Part shown: positions 15,320-24,122 of the stretch, piece by piece
Numbering within the stretch: position 1 is the stretch's first letter
Layout: every line of letters starts with the position of its first letter
IMG/VR virus record: IMGVR_UViG_3300038393_000245
Span: 12,289-76,288 of that record
Length of the DNA: 64,000 nucleotides
DNA from: a virus
Taxonomy: Duplodnaviria > Heunggongvirae > Uroviricota > Caudoviricetes
Direction: 5' to 3' (one strand)
Notes under the pieces: generated by a model
Told to the model about the DNA's origin: nothing
What the model saw: the letters and a program-made list of their open reading frames with translations, nothing else
Databases searched by the model: none
Position numbers and translations under genes: made by a program

Positions 15320-16257
15320 TGGAACTCGCATTCACACATTACTTCTACCATAGCTGACGCTAGATTAATCTCTGGATCCGCAGAAAAAGCAGCCTGATAT
15401 TGATACTTTCCTAAGACTAAAATTAATTGAGGAATACTATGAGTTTTAAAATACATGGAAGCATTATCATAAAAGTTCCTGTATATTGAGACCTGATCAT
15501 TATCAGAATTTTGACCAATCCATTTTCGGACTTCGGTAAAATTCTTCTCTTTCATGTGGTTGACTAATTCTTTAAGAGAAACCTCTTGAAGATTAGCTAG
15601 AATTCCAGAATCAATCTTCCCTGCGGCAGAATATCTCTGTAATTCATTTAGAACTCTCCTCCAATCTGGAAAGTGCTTTGTAATAACTTCAGCCACTACC
15701 TTGGGATCATATTCAACAGATTCGGCTTCCAAGATAGTCTTTGTCCTCTCAAAGAACTGAGAGGCGAGTTTTGGCATGTCCTTTTTAGCGATCTTAAAAT
15801 GAATAACTGAACATCTTGAATGAAGAGGTTTGATCAGTCGATTTAGAAAATTACATGTTAAAATGAAACCACAGTTTTTCGAAAACTCTTCCATGAAATT
15901 GCGAAGAGCCGGCTGTGTCGAATTAGCATTAAGGTAGTCCGCCTCGTCCAAAATTACATATTTCCTACCTCCCATTAGAGAAATGGAAGAAGCAAAATTC
16001 ATGATCTCATTTCGAAGAGTATCAATGTTTCCATTTAAAGAACCATTGATGATAATATAATCGCATCCAAGTTCTTCTAACATGGCTTTGGCGATAGTAG
16101 TTTTTCCAACTCCTTGAGAACCATCAAGGATTAAATTGGGAATATTGTTTTGATCTACAAATTTCTGAAATGTTGACTTAAGATCAGAAGGAAGGATCGT
16201 CTCAGATACAGTAGATGGTCTATATTTCTCCACCCACAAAAAATCATCATTAATCAT
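15316..16257 (-). CDS. gp44: clamp loader large subunit gp44
   Basis: LWVEKYRP, G.GKTT, ILDEAD and SRC motifs; start moved to ATG 16257. Confidence 0.97.
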   Translation of the reverse strand: MINDDFLWVEKYRPSTVSETILPSDLKSTFQKFVDQNNIPNLILDGSQGVGKTTIAKAMLEELGCDYIIINGSLNGNIDTLRNEIMNFASSISLMGGRKYVILDEADYLNANSTQPALRNFMEEFSKNCGFILTCNFLNRLIKPLHSRCSVIHFKIAKKDMPKLASQFFERTKTILEAESVEYDPKVVAEVITKHFPDWRRVLNELQRYSAAGKIDSGILANLQEVSLKELVNHMKEKNFTEVRKWIGQNSDNDQVSIYRNFYDNASMYFKTHSIPQLILVLGKYQYQAAFSADPEINLASAMVEVMCECEFQ

Positions 16258-16272
16258 GTCGACTCCATAATA

Positions 16273-16365
16273 AACAAAAGGGAGTGGAATAGCTTCTGCA
16301 GCACTATCCACTCCCTCTCTGACTTGACTGGGGCGTCTAAGTCAGAAGTCGTCTTTCGACGACTT
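16273..16365 (-). terminator. three tandem hairpins, the last followed by a U-tract
   Basis: AAGTCGTC-GAAA-GACGACTT; TCTGACT/AGTCAGA; AGGGAGTGGA/TCCACTCCCT then TTTGTTT. Confidence 0.6.
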
Positions 16366-17023
16366 AATTAAACTTCGAGTTCTGCTCAATAGCAATAAAA
16401 TACTCAACATCCTTTGAAGTGAATCGAGAGATTCCAGCGGATGCAATATCTACGGTATAATTGTCAGGAAGAAGCCTAATGTTTTCGGCTTTAAAGATAC
16501 AGTTAAACGTCCTCGTGGTTTCTCCAACCTCTACAGAGTAGACATCAGATGTTGGGTCCTTAGAGTTAGTAGTTTCTAAACTAATAGTCTTTCCGTCTCC
16601 AACAATAGCAATCTCTGGCTGTCGGAGAACACCTAGAGCCTTTGTTACGTCTGCTAGAGCTTCTGTAGTCAACTCAAATGATACATCTGGAGTAGGAAAG
16701 TTGATCTCTTTTCCTTCCTTAGGAGCCACAATGGTATTGGGATCGGCAAAGACGTAATTGACCCTCTTTCTACCAGACTTAATAACAACAGACTTATCTC
16801 CAATCTCAAGATCTGGATCGTCAAAGAGACTTAGAACAGATAAGAATTTATTGAGATCGTAAATAGCAAATGAAGAAGGAAATTCCTGTTCAAGAGTTGC
16901 TTTTGCAAGAATAGTCTTGGTAGGCGTTACCGTCTTTACTATATTTCCTGGTCGAAACAGGATGCTAGGATTAATCGACGAAAAGTTCTTAAGGACTTGA
17001 AGAGTCCGATTATCAAATTTCAT
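16364..17023 (-). CDS. gp45: sliding clamp gp45
   Basis: TL.VLKNFSSINPSILF and FAIYDLNKFL; start moved to ATG 17023. Confidence 0.95.
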   Translation of the reverse strand: MKFDNRTLQVLKNFSSINPSILFRPGNIVKTVTPTKTILAKATLEQEFPSSFAIYDLNKFLSVLSLFDDPDLEIGDKSVVIKSGRKRVNYVFADPNTIVAPKEGKEINFPTPDVSFELTTEALADVTKALGVLRQPEIAIVGDGKTISLETTNSKDPTSDVYSVEVGETTRTFNCIFKAENIRLLPDNYTVDIASAGISRFTSKDVEYFIAIEQNSKFN

Positions 17024-17024
17024 A

Positions 17025-17324
17025 TTATAGTTCATTCCTATTTTCGGATGAGGTATTATCACCAAATTTAATCGTCTTGAAGTCTCTTCCTTTTCCAAAG
17101 TAAGAATTGAAACTTACTCGAATGAATCGACGATCAGTTTCATTTGGATTGGGATTTGGAATCGTAATCCATCCATTCTTTCCAGACCTCCACGCGATCA
17201 GCTTATTATAGAGCTTATCTCCTTCAGAGACACCCTCTTTAACAATTCTAAGAGTCTTATTCGAAACAGAAGGACGCTGACCCTTAGAAGTTATTTTACT
17301 TCGTGTCCTAACCTTTTTACCCAT
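17025..17324 (-). CDS. basic hypothetical protein
   Basis: 99-aa ORF directly after a perfect promoter. Confidence 0.75.
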   Translation of the reverse strand: MGKKVRTRSKITSKGQRPSVSNKTLRIVKEGVSEGDKLYNKLIAWRSGKNGWITIPNPNPNETDRRFIRVSFNSYFGKGRDFKTIKFGDNTSSENRNEL

Positions 17325-17351
17325 TGCAAAACTCCAATATTTTATTCATAG

Positions 17352-17380
17352 ATTATATTCAAAAATAGAACAAATGTCAA
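17352..17380 (-). promoter_or_regulatory. consensus sigma70 promoter
   Basis: TTGACA-17-TATAAT. Confidence 0.8.
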
Positions 17381-17385
17381 CCATT

Positions 17386-18252
17386 TTAGGATTTTGTTCT
17401 TTTAGTCTTATTCAACATGTTAGAACTAGCAGTTGCAGGAGCTCCAATCTGAGCTAGATGAACTAGAGATCCTCCAAAGACGTATGACCCGACGTGTTGC
17501 ATCTTCATCCAAGGACAGATCATGATCTTTCCTCCCATTTTTTTAACATATTGACAGAACATATAATCTTCAGACAGATACCTCTTAGTATCTGGGTCTA
17601 TAACAGTATCAAAAAATGCGTGGATCTCTCTAGAACCATCGAATGCTTCGGTCCTTACATGGTCTGGTTTATACGACAGATTTGGATATTGTTTTTTGAA
17701 TTTTTCTAAGACTGGCCTATTCAACATCATGAACCCAGTCCCTATTTCTAGAACTTCTGCTGGCTCATGGATCTTTATTTGTTGAGATCCATTAACTGGA
17801 TTAAATACATAATCACCAACAAAGTTTTCAAGAACTTTGGGATCCTTGTCGGCAACTCCCTTATCTACCGCTAGTTTAATCTTCTCCCATGAAATACACT
17901 TCTTGGGATATGGTCCTCCAATTACATCATAATCTGGATTCTGAATCATAAGGGCGAGGAGGGCTATAACATCATGTGGATCGAATCCGATATCGGAATC
18001 AATGAACATAAGATGAGTGCAGTCACTTCTTAGAAATTCATCTGCACAATAGTTCCTCGCCCTAGTAATCAGGGATTCGTTGAACATGAAGTAGTATTGT
18101 AATGCTAACCCGTATTGGGTTGCTAAAGCTGAAAGATGAGCGATAGATTTACAAAACATTCCACAACAATTTCCTCCGTACATAGGAGTAGCAATCATTA
18201 TCTTATGTTTTCTTAAGACATCACTCTCAATATTAATCGAAATCCCTGACAC
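17386..18252 (-). CDS. GT-A fold glycosyltransferase-like protein
   Basis: IMIATPMYGG, ITRARN, FIDSDIGF (DxD), GTGFMM and LSEDYMFC. Confidence 0.75.
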   Translation of the reverse strand: MSGISINIESDVLRKHKIMIATPMYGGNCCGMFCKSIAHLSALATQYGLALQYYFMFNESLITRARNYCADEFLRSDCTHLMFIDSDIGFDPHDVIALLALMIQNPDYDVIGGPYPKKCISWEKIKLAVDKGVADKDPKVLENFVGDYVFNPVNGSQQIKIHEPAEVLEIGTGFMMLNRPVLEKFKKQYPNLSYKPDHVRTEAFDGSREIHAFFDTVIDPDTKRYLSEDYMFCQYVKKMGGKIMICPWMKMQHVGSYVFGGSLVHLAQIGAPATASSNMLNKTKRTKS

Positions 18253-18258
18253 GTATTA

Positions 18259-18858
18259 TTACTTCTTAGTCGCTCTTGCTCTGTCAGAATCGCTGAAAGT
18301 AGTTCTAAGTCCACTAGATGCGTACGCGCCCGTATTTATGGCCATAAACTTCATTTCATCTGCAAGATTATTGGTTGAGATATTGTATGATTTACTATAA
18401 TCAATACCAATCGATTTAGCCTGATCAACAACTCTATCGAAATTAGCTCCTAGGAATACAACCTCCCAGTTGCGATCTTCAGCTCGAGCTAGTTTCTCTC
18501 GGATTACCTCCTTAGTATACTTCTTAGAAGTATTTTCTTCTCCATCAGTCATCACAACGATGTACGCTTTTTCAGGAGATTCTTCAAAAGCTTTGTCTAG
18601 AAGACGAGCCATCGAATCTAGAAGAGGGGTTCCACCTCTTGGGCGAGCCTCTGACTCATTAAGATCCTTAAATCCTTTAGCCGTAGTATTTCGGAGTTCG
18701 AGATAACTCACGTCTCCATTATATCCACTGTCAAAAGCTGCTATATAAACGTTAGTATCTCCGTTTAGCTCTTTGACATACGCATTAAGTGCTCCGATAG
18801 TGTCGGACCACTGCGATCCCATAGAACCTGAACGGTCTAATAGTACATAAACACGCAT
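18259..18858 (-). CDS. von Willebrand factor A domain protein
   Basis: LLDRSGSM MIDAS, GGTPLLD and MTDGEEN. Confidence 0.88.
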   Translation of the reverse strand: MRVYVLLDRSGSMGSQWSDTIGALNAYVKELNGDTNVYIAAFDSGYNGDVSYLELRNTTAKGFKDLNESEARPRGGTPLLDSMARLLDKAFEESPEKAYIVVMTDGEENTSKKYTKEVIREKLARAEDRNWEVVFLGANFDRVVDQAKSIGIDYSKSYNISTNNLADEMKFMAINTGAYASSGLRTTFSDSDRARATKK

Positions 18859-18864
18859 TAATGT

Positions 18865-19164
18865 TTATTCCTTTTCTGTATTGAATGTGTCATGCACGTA
18901 TAACATCATTATCGCATAATGGCACACTTTAAGAAGATCCTTTCGGTTTCTTCCATCCTTCTTGCCGTATCGTTGAGCGTATTTAATGATGTTTCCAATA
19001 GTAAACCCTTCACCATGACCCGCGTCCATGATGAATTCTGTTGATTGGATTTTGCTTAGGCTGTAGTGCTGACCATACGTTGATGTGATATATGTCAGTA
19101 ATTCATTGAGGTACATGTCCTCATCAAATTTATACTGCACTTCTTTCGGGTTCACTTCTGTCAT
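18865..19164 (-). CDS. DUF3310-like protein
   Basis: HY...Q, GF.IGNIIKYAQRYGKKDG and DLLKVCHY. Confidence 0.75.
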   Translation of the reverse strand: MTEVNPKEVQYKFDEDMYLNELLTYITSTYGQHYSLSKIQSTEFIMDAGHGEGFTIGNIIKYAQRYGKKDGRNRKDLLKVCHYAIMMLYVHDTFNTEKE

Positions 19165-19185
19165 AGTAATCTTCTATTTATGATT

Positions 19186-20400
19186 TTATGCTAAAAAATC
19201 TACGATAGTCTTGGATTGTTTTTCTTCCCAGATCTCGTGAGACTGATGAGCATTTACTTGATACGTATAATTCGAATCTAGGTATGGTCGATTTCCAAGG
19301 AGAACTTCCTTTACTTCAACTGCCATATCCTTGGCAGTATTAACTGGAACGTTCTGACATATATGATTCGCAGATTTCTTCGGGTTAAGAAGTTCAAAGT
19401 CTTCAGGCATTCCCATAATTGAAAGAGCCTCTCGGTAGTTAATATACCGATCCTGATCTGGATGAGTTAGCATCGATGGATAATGTCCTACAAACGCTCC
19501 AATAAAATCCTTCGGAACAATGGTTCCTCGACGCATTACATTTCCTCCAGAAGCGAGCTTAGCATATTTGTACTTACACTTCTCAACTTCTTTATCATAA
19601 CCATGCTTAGACAACCAATCTCCTACTTGCTTATAATTGTATCCCTGTTGCTCTATGAACGAGAATACATCGTTAGATCGAACTTTTAGAAATTCCATCT
19701 TATCATGAGAGAATTGTCTATGAGTAAGACCACCGTACATTTCCTCTAAAATAAATCGATAATATGGATCATCTTTAGATGGAGTTTTGGGATTGATTGG
19801 TTCTTGCATCGAATTGCTTCTAGCATTTCTGATAACATCCTCAATCTTAGTCCATGGTCTGTTATAGTATCCTAGGAGAGGAGTCTTTGTTCCTTTCCAA
19901 AAGAAGTAAAATGTTCTCTCTCGAACTTGAGGAGTTCCATGGAGTAGTGATTTTGTTCGATATACGGTCATGGAATAACCGTTATCAAGACCTATCTTTC
20001 GGACTTGGTTACGAATATCTTCTCCAATTTTTCCAGCAAACCCAGGGGCGTTCTCACCTAAGAAAACAGTTGGTTTTAGTGTTCCTAGGACGTATTGGGC
20101 CGACTTTATCATCCATTGATTGTTTGGATTATTCGTTCCGAATCCATGGCTAAGCTGACTGAGACCGGCGCATGGACAAATAGATGTAACTACATCAACT
20201 TTAGGCAGTGGATTATGTGGTTTATCTACATAATGATACGGTAAATCAATATTTTTCTGGTTTCTATAATAGTGTAACAAATGCTGTTCATTAGATTGAA
20301 ACCCTTCATAAGTCATGAAGTATTCAGGTGGAGCATTGAATACTTCATGACTTGCTAGAGTCATACCACCTATGAGAGGAACAATTGACGCATGCTTCAC
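19186..20400 (-). CDS. DNA cytosine-C5 methyltransferase-like protein
   Basis: Catalytic CPCAGLS (motif IV), GENAP (VI), PQVRERTF (VIII) and QNVP (X); divergent motif I IVPLIGG. Confidence 0.75.
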   Translation of the reverse strand: MKHASIVPLIGGMTLASHEVFNAPPEYFMTYEGFQSNEQHLLHYYRNQKNIDLPYHYVDKPHNPLPKVDVVTSICPCAGLSQLSHGFGTNNPNNQWMIKSAQYVLGTLKPTVFLGENAPGFAGKIGEDIRNQVRKIGLDNGYSMTVYRTKSLLHGTPQVRERTFYFFWKGTKTPLLGYYNRPWTKIEDVIRNARSNSMQEPINPKTPSKDDPYYRFILEEMYGGLTHRQFSHDKMEFLKVRSNDVFSFIEQQGYNYKQVGDWLSKHGYDKEVEKCKYKYAKLASGGNVMRRGTIVPKDFIGAFVGHYPSMLTHPDQDRYINYREALSIMGMPEDFELLNPKKSANHICQNVPVNTAKDMAVEVKEVLLGNRPYLDSNYTYQVNAHQSHEIWEEKQSKTIVDFLA

Positions 20401-20446
20401 TTATGATACTTTCTTTTATGAATCTCTATATTTCCAGCATTGTAAA

Positions 20447-21595
20447 TTAAAAGAATGAGTCCAGTGATGCTGATGGAGGAGTTACAGGATGGGCCGGAAG
20501 ACCTTGTTTCTTAGGGTCTTTAATTTGAGTTGTATTATATTCTACACCGGTCCAATGTGGATATGACATCCGTGAAAGGTGAACGGACTTCTTATACTCC
20601 ATTGCGTGGAGATTTAGTTCACCATTCTTATTTAGAAGATATTCAGTCCAACGAATGAACTTTACTTTGCTCTGCGAGCCCTTGCAAAGTTGCTCAAGAT
20701 AATCATTGAACTCTTTGCGAGCTACCATACGCTCTTCCCATGAACCCCAGAATGGTTTCTTCATAAAGTAGCCAGACTGTGGAAGCTTACGAGCCTCTTC
20801 CTCACATGGAAGGAGTTCATAGATGCCGACTGACTTAAGATTAGGAAACTGATCGTATAGCGCATCTGCAGCGATCTTATATTCCATCGCAAGATTGATG
20901 GGATCTGGCCAGAGGTCAGTACCTTCTTTAACCTCTTTTCGACAGAAGTGGTGCCTTAGGTCGATGTTTCCAAAATAAATCTCTACATTCTCCACTTGTT
21001 CTGGAGAATCGTAAGCGTCCATTATGAATGAACTCAATCCTGTTCTAAGAGCTCCACGAAGCGTTTTATAAGGAACTGAATTAACCATCCATCCAGGGCG
21101 ATACATGCAAATGGAATGACTATCTCCAATAACGATATTAGGAGTGACATGAGGATACCTCAAAACTTGAGAGGACTCCATTCTCTTTAGATTGTCCCAG
21201 TCCACTTCGTCCCATGCTGGATCTGGTGTTCTTCCATTCCCTCGATCTTGAGCTAATTTTTCTTGGAGTTGTCGGTGATAATCTGGGAATGGAATAGCCA
21301 GAGAAATGACCTCTCCCTTAAACAATGTGAGATTTCTGAAGTTCCATGCATATGGAAACCCTTCGGTTCCTCCATAGAGATTCAGGCCTCCAGACCAATC
21401 ATTTCCATGATAGACGTAAACTTTATCAAAATCGTTAAAATCGTGAGTTACGTTTCCACCAAAGTTAACTACAACGTCATCTCCAGTGGACTCACGAATC
21501 ATATCAGCATAAATGACCCCTTGAGCCGCTCTGTGAGATGCCATGAAAGCAGCGATTGGGATGAATGGCGCTACGACGAGTGATCTAGCCATCAT
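20447..21595 (-). CDS. uncharacterised protein with SGNH/GDSL-like C-terminal motifs
   Basis: IGDSH, FGNIDLRHH and SVHLS resemble SGNH blocks I, III and V. Confidence 0.5.
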   Translation of the reverse strand: MMARSLVVAPFIPIAAFMASHRAAQGVIYADMIRESTGDDVVVNFGGNVTHDFNDFDKVYVYHGNDWSGGLNLYGGTEGFPYAWNFRNLTLFKGEVISLAIPFPDYHRQLQEKLAQDRGNGRTPDPAWDEVDWDNLKRMESSQVLRYPHVTPNIVIGDSHSICMYRPGWMVNSVPYKTLRGALRTGLSSFIMDAYDSPEQVENVEIYFGNIDLRHHFCRKEVKEGTDLWPDPINLAMEYKIAADALYDQFPNLKSVGIYELLPCEEEARKLPQSGYFMKKPFWGSWEERMVARKEFNDYLEQLCKGSQSKVKFIRWTEYLLNKNGELNLHAMEYKKSVHLSRMSYPHWTGVEYNTTQIKDPKKQGLPAHPVTPPSASLDSFF

Positions 21596-21756
21596 GCAAA
21601 CCTTTTATTGATGCCTTCAGTTCCGAAAAAATCATCTTGTTCAAGTTCGAGGATCAACTCTAAAAGACCACATTGAAGGAAGTCTTCAACATCATTTTCA
21701 TCGGCGTTTTTAAACCATTCTAGAACGTCGTTTGCATCTATCTCAGATTTAGCCAT
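21592..21756 (-). CDS. acidic hypothetical protein (54 aa)
   Basis: Manual translation MAKSEIDANDVLEWF...; coupled to its neighbours. Confidence 0.55.
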   Translation of the reverse strand: MAKSEIDANDVLEWFKNADENDVEDFLQCGLLELILELEQDDFFGTEGINKRFA

Positions 21757-22006
21757 TATCAACCTCTGTTGGATATTCAGTAATTATTGCTACTTTTGCT
21801 CCACACTTAATAACTGGATTCCCATCCTTAGTCGAGATTATTCGAGCAACTGTATTTCCATCCTTATCTTTGATAGATAGAGTATGAGCCCTTTTGGTTA
21901 CCTTTCCAGATGGAGTATCGCTAACTCTAATCGCAGGAGATGGATCAATCCATTTCCTTTTGTTATTGGAAGCTATAACATTTTTGCATACAGAGATGTA
22001 ATTCAT
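21749..22006 (-). CDS. hypothetical protein
   Basis: 85-aa ORF in operon. Confidence 0.65.
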   Translation of the reverse strand: MNYISVCKNVIASNNKRKWIDPSPAIRVSDTPSGKVTKRAHTLSIKDKDGNTVARIISTKDGNPVIKCGAKVAIITEYPTEVDNG

Positions 22007-23283
22007 GCTAAAAAATTCTCTAATGATGAAGAAGAGGATCCAACCTCTTTTGAAATAGGAGCACTAGCTCTAGCTGAGGCTGCAGCAGGATTTTCTGCTA
22101 ATCGACAGAAAACGTTAAACTGGCAACTAGCGATTTCGCATCCGAAAGTAGTAAATCTTCCAAGCTCAGTGGCTTCTGTATGGTACTTATAATCCAAGTC
22201 AGAAGAAATGTCAAGGAATTTATGTTGCATATCTCTGATTCTCAGGAGAAGATGCATTGCCGTCTTAGTATTGATTATAATATTCGGAAAGAGATTTCTA
22301 AGAGTAGCGGATGCACCCGGGCCAGCCATAACGTAAGGAGCATCCTCGTCAAGATTCCCATGCTCGACATTAAGAGCATCAAATTCTTTCTTATACTCAA
22401 CTTCGATGATAGACTTACTGCCGACTTCAGGCATTCGAGCCAGATTAGATGAAAAGTGATACCCGTAGTAAGGGCCAATCCCTCTAATCGACGTAAGATA
22501 TTCATAACTTCCCTGCATTGTTGGCTTTGTTTTATAAAACGCGGTCCATTCATCCGTCACACTCTTAATCCAAGCGATCATATCAGAAGTTCTCATCTTC
22601 CGATCTGGAGATATGGAATTAGGTGCTATTAATCGTCGTCCATTGAATTCAACACCACGAATATCAATAGGAGTAGGAACAGAACGTGCATAATTTCTTG
22701 CCGCAATTTGAAGTGAGGTTCTTAACTCTGTAGTTCCCCAAATTTGTTCTTTATGATGTGATGCGAGTTCAATATTTCGCATCAGAGTATACTCGTACTC
22801 TTTATCTTCTTTTAATCTTTCGAAGTCGATGAAGGGCTTGTCTGTCCGAACCAAGTACGGGAGATCGTTTGCCTGTCCGGTAATGATATCGAGTGTCCGT
22901 GAAGGACCATAGAACTTAACAATGGCCGAGTTGACCAGTCTATTTTCGAATGAGACATCTTGTCTGTAATATAAGTGCTGATTAAGCCAGATAATCTCGT
23001 CATGGAATGATCGATTGGGGTGAAAATACGGAACTGGTCTGTTGTTAACGACAAATCCTGTGCCAAATGATTCCTGGTGTTGATATCCCGTCTTAACGTA
23101 ATCTTCAAATGATTCATGTGTTTTTCCAATTCGAACACACCATTCTCTCTTATTAAATTCTCGAATAAATGATCCGTACTTTTTTCTAAAGTCGTGATCG
23201 CAATATTTCCATAACTCCTCACCCGATAGGTTTAGAGCTTGTTCCGTCGTCAATTGATCCATGCCAAACATTCTCTTTTTCAA
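22003..23283 (-). CDS. aGPT-PPlase-like (HhH glycosylase fold) DNA base-modifying transferase
   Basis: HhH-like SIRGIGPYYGYHF followed by AGPGA..TL and a C-terminal CEIASCQF, as in alpha-glutamyl/putrescinyl-thymine pyrophosphorylase families. Confidence 0.6.
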   Translation of the reverse strand: MKKRMFGMDQLTTEQALNLSGEELWKYCDHDFRKKYGSFIREFNKREWCVRIGKTHESFEDYVKTGYQHQESFGTGFVVNNRPVPYFHPNRSFHDEIIWLNQHLYYRQDVSFENRLVNSAIVKFYGPSRTLDIITGQANDLPYLVRTDKPFIDFERLKEDKEYEYTLMRNIELASHHKEQIWGTTELRTSLQIAARNYARSVPTPIDIRGVEFNGRRLIAPNSISPDRKMRTSDMIAWIKSVTDEWTAFYKTKPTMQGSYEYLTSIRGIGPYYGYHFSSNLARMPEVGSKSIIEVEYKKEFDALNVEHGNLDEDAPYVMAGPGASATLRNLFPNIIINTKTAMHLLLRIRDMQHKFLDISSDLDYKYHTEATELGRFTTFGCEIASCQFNVFCRLAENPAAASARASAPISKEVGSSSSSLENFLA

Positions 23284-23653
23284 CTAGGTCATGAACAATT
23301 CGTACGACCTTTACTCGAGGACACTCTTGTTCGATAATATTCGCTTGAACAGGGTCGTCCTCATAGTGGATTCCAATATCGACTCCGTGATCAAGGAGAT
23401 AATTGAGCTTAGAGGCTTTGTACTTTCCGGAACCTTCTCTAGTCTTGGTTTCAAACTTAACAGGGTTCATGTATACTCTAGAGTTTTGAATTCCATTATC
23501 TCTTAGCCATTTAATAGTATAATCGGCCTCATCAAAATAAGAACGACCTGTAATAATAACATCTTCGGGTCTTGGTCGTAACCCGATATATTTGCCCATA
23601 TTTATTACACCATCGATGTCATAGGAATTAATCACGCCAACTCCTATCCTCAT
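23219..23653 (-). CDS. HAD-like phosphatase
   Basis: YDIDGV (DxD), ITGR, K and HYEDD motifs I-IV. Confidence 0.7.
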   Translation of the reverse strand: MRIGVGVINSYDIDGVINMGKYIGLRPRPEDVIITGRSYFDEADYTIKWLRDNGIQNSRVYMNPVKFETKTREGSGKYKASKLNYLLDHGVDIGIHYEDDPVQANIIEQECPRVKVVRIVHDLVEKENVWHGSIDDGTSSKPIG

Positions 23654-24122
23654 CGACTCTAAATTGAAGCCATCTAATCATATCATCAATAGTCTCTACT
23701 AAAGGAATACCATGATACTCACACACGATATCAACATTTCCTTTCCTCCAATATCCAGGAGGACAGCAAACAACTATGTCTTTATTATGATGTAGACCTA
23801 ATTCGAGAAGAGTTATGGGAGCCTGACCATTTGGATCAAAGCAATATGTTATAACATCGGCTTTACTTTGAGCATCCAATTCCCACAAAACTTGTTCTTT
23901 GAATTGTGCATTATGAATACTCTGTTCCCAAGTCGAATCCCAATCTGTTCTCCTTGGATTATAGATATCAACTGGATATTCTTCAAGAGACCTTATGACT
24001 TGGGTCTGCCAATCAATAGCAGACCCCATGTCGATACTTCCACCAAGAAAGATAGAAGTATTAAGCCTCTCGTTCCTATCAATTTGTTGTGGAGCGAGAA
24101 ATACTCTTTGCATTATTTCCAA
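23628..24122 (-). CDS. nucleoside 2-deoxyribosyltransferase-like protein
   Basis: IFLGGSI..WQ, YNPRR.DWD, EQVLWEL and APITLLELGLH. Confidence 0.85.
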   Translation of the reverse strand: MEIMQRVFLAPQQIDRNERLNTSIFLGGSIDMGSAIDWQTQVIRSLEEYPVDIYNPRRTDWDSTWEQSIHNAQFKEQVLWELDAQSKADVITYCFDPNGQAPITLLELGLHHNKDIVVCCPPGYWRKGNVDIVCEYHGIPLVETIDDMIRWLQFRVDEDRSWRD

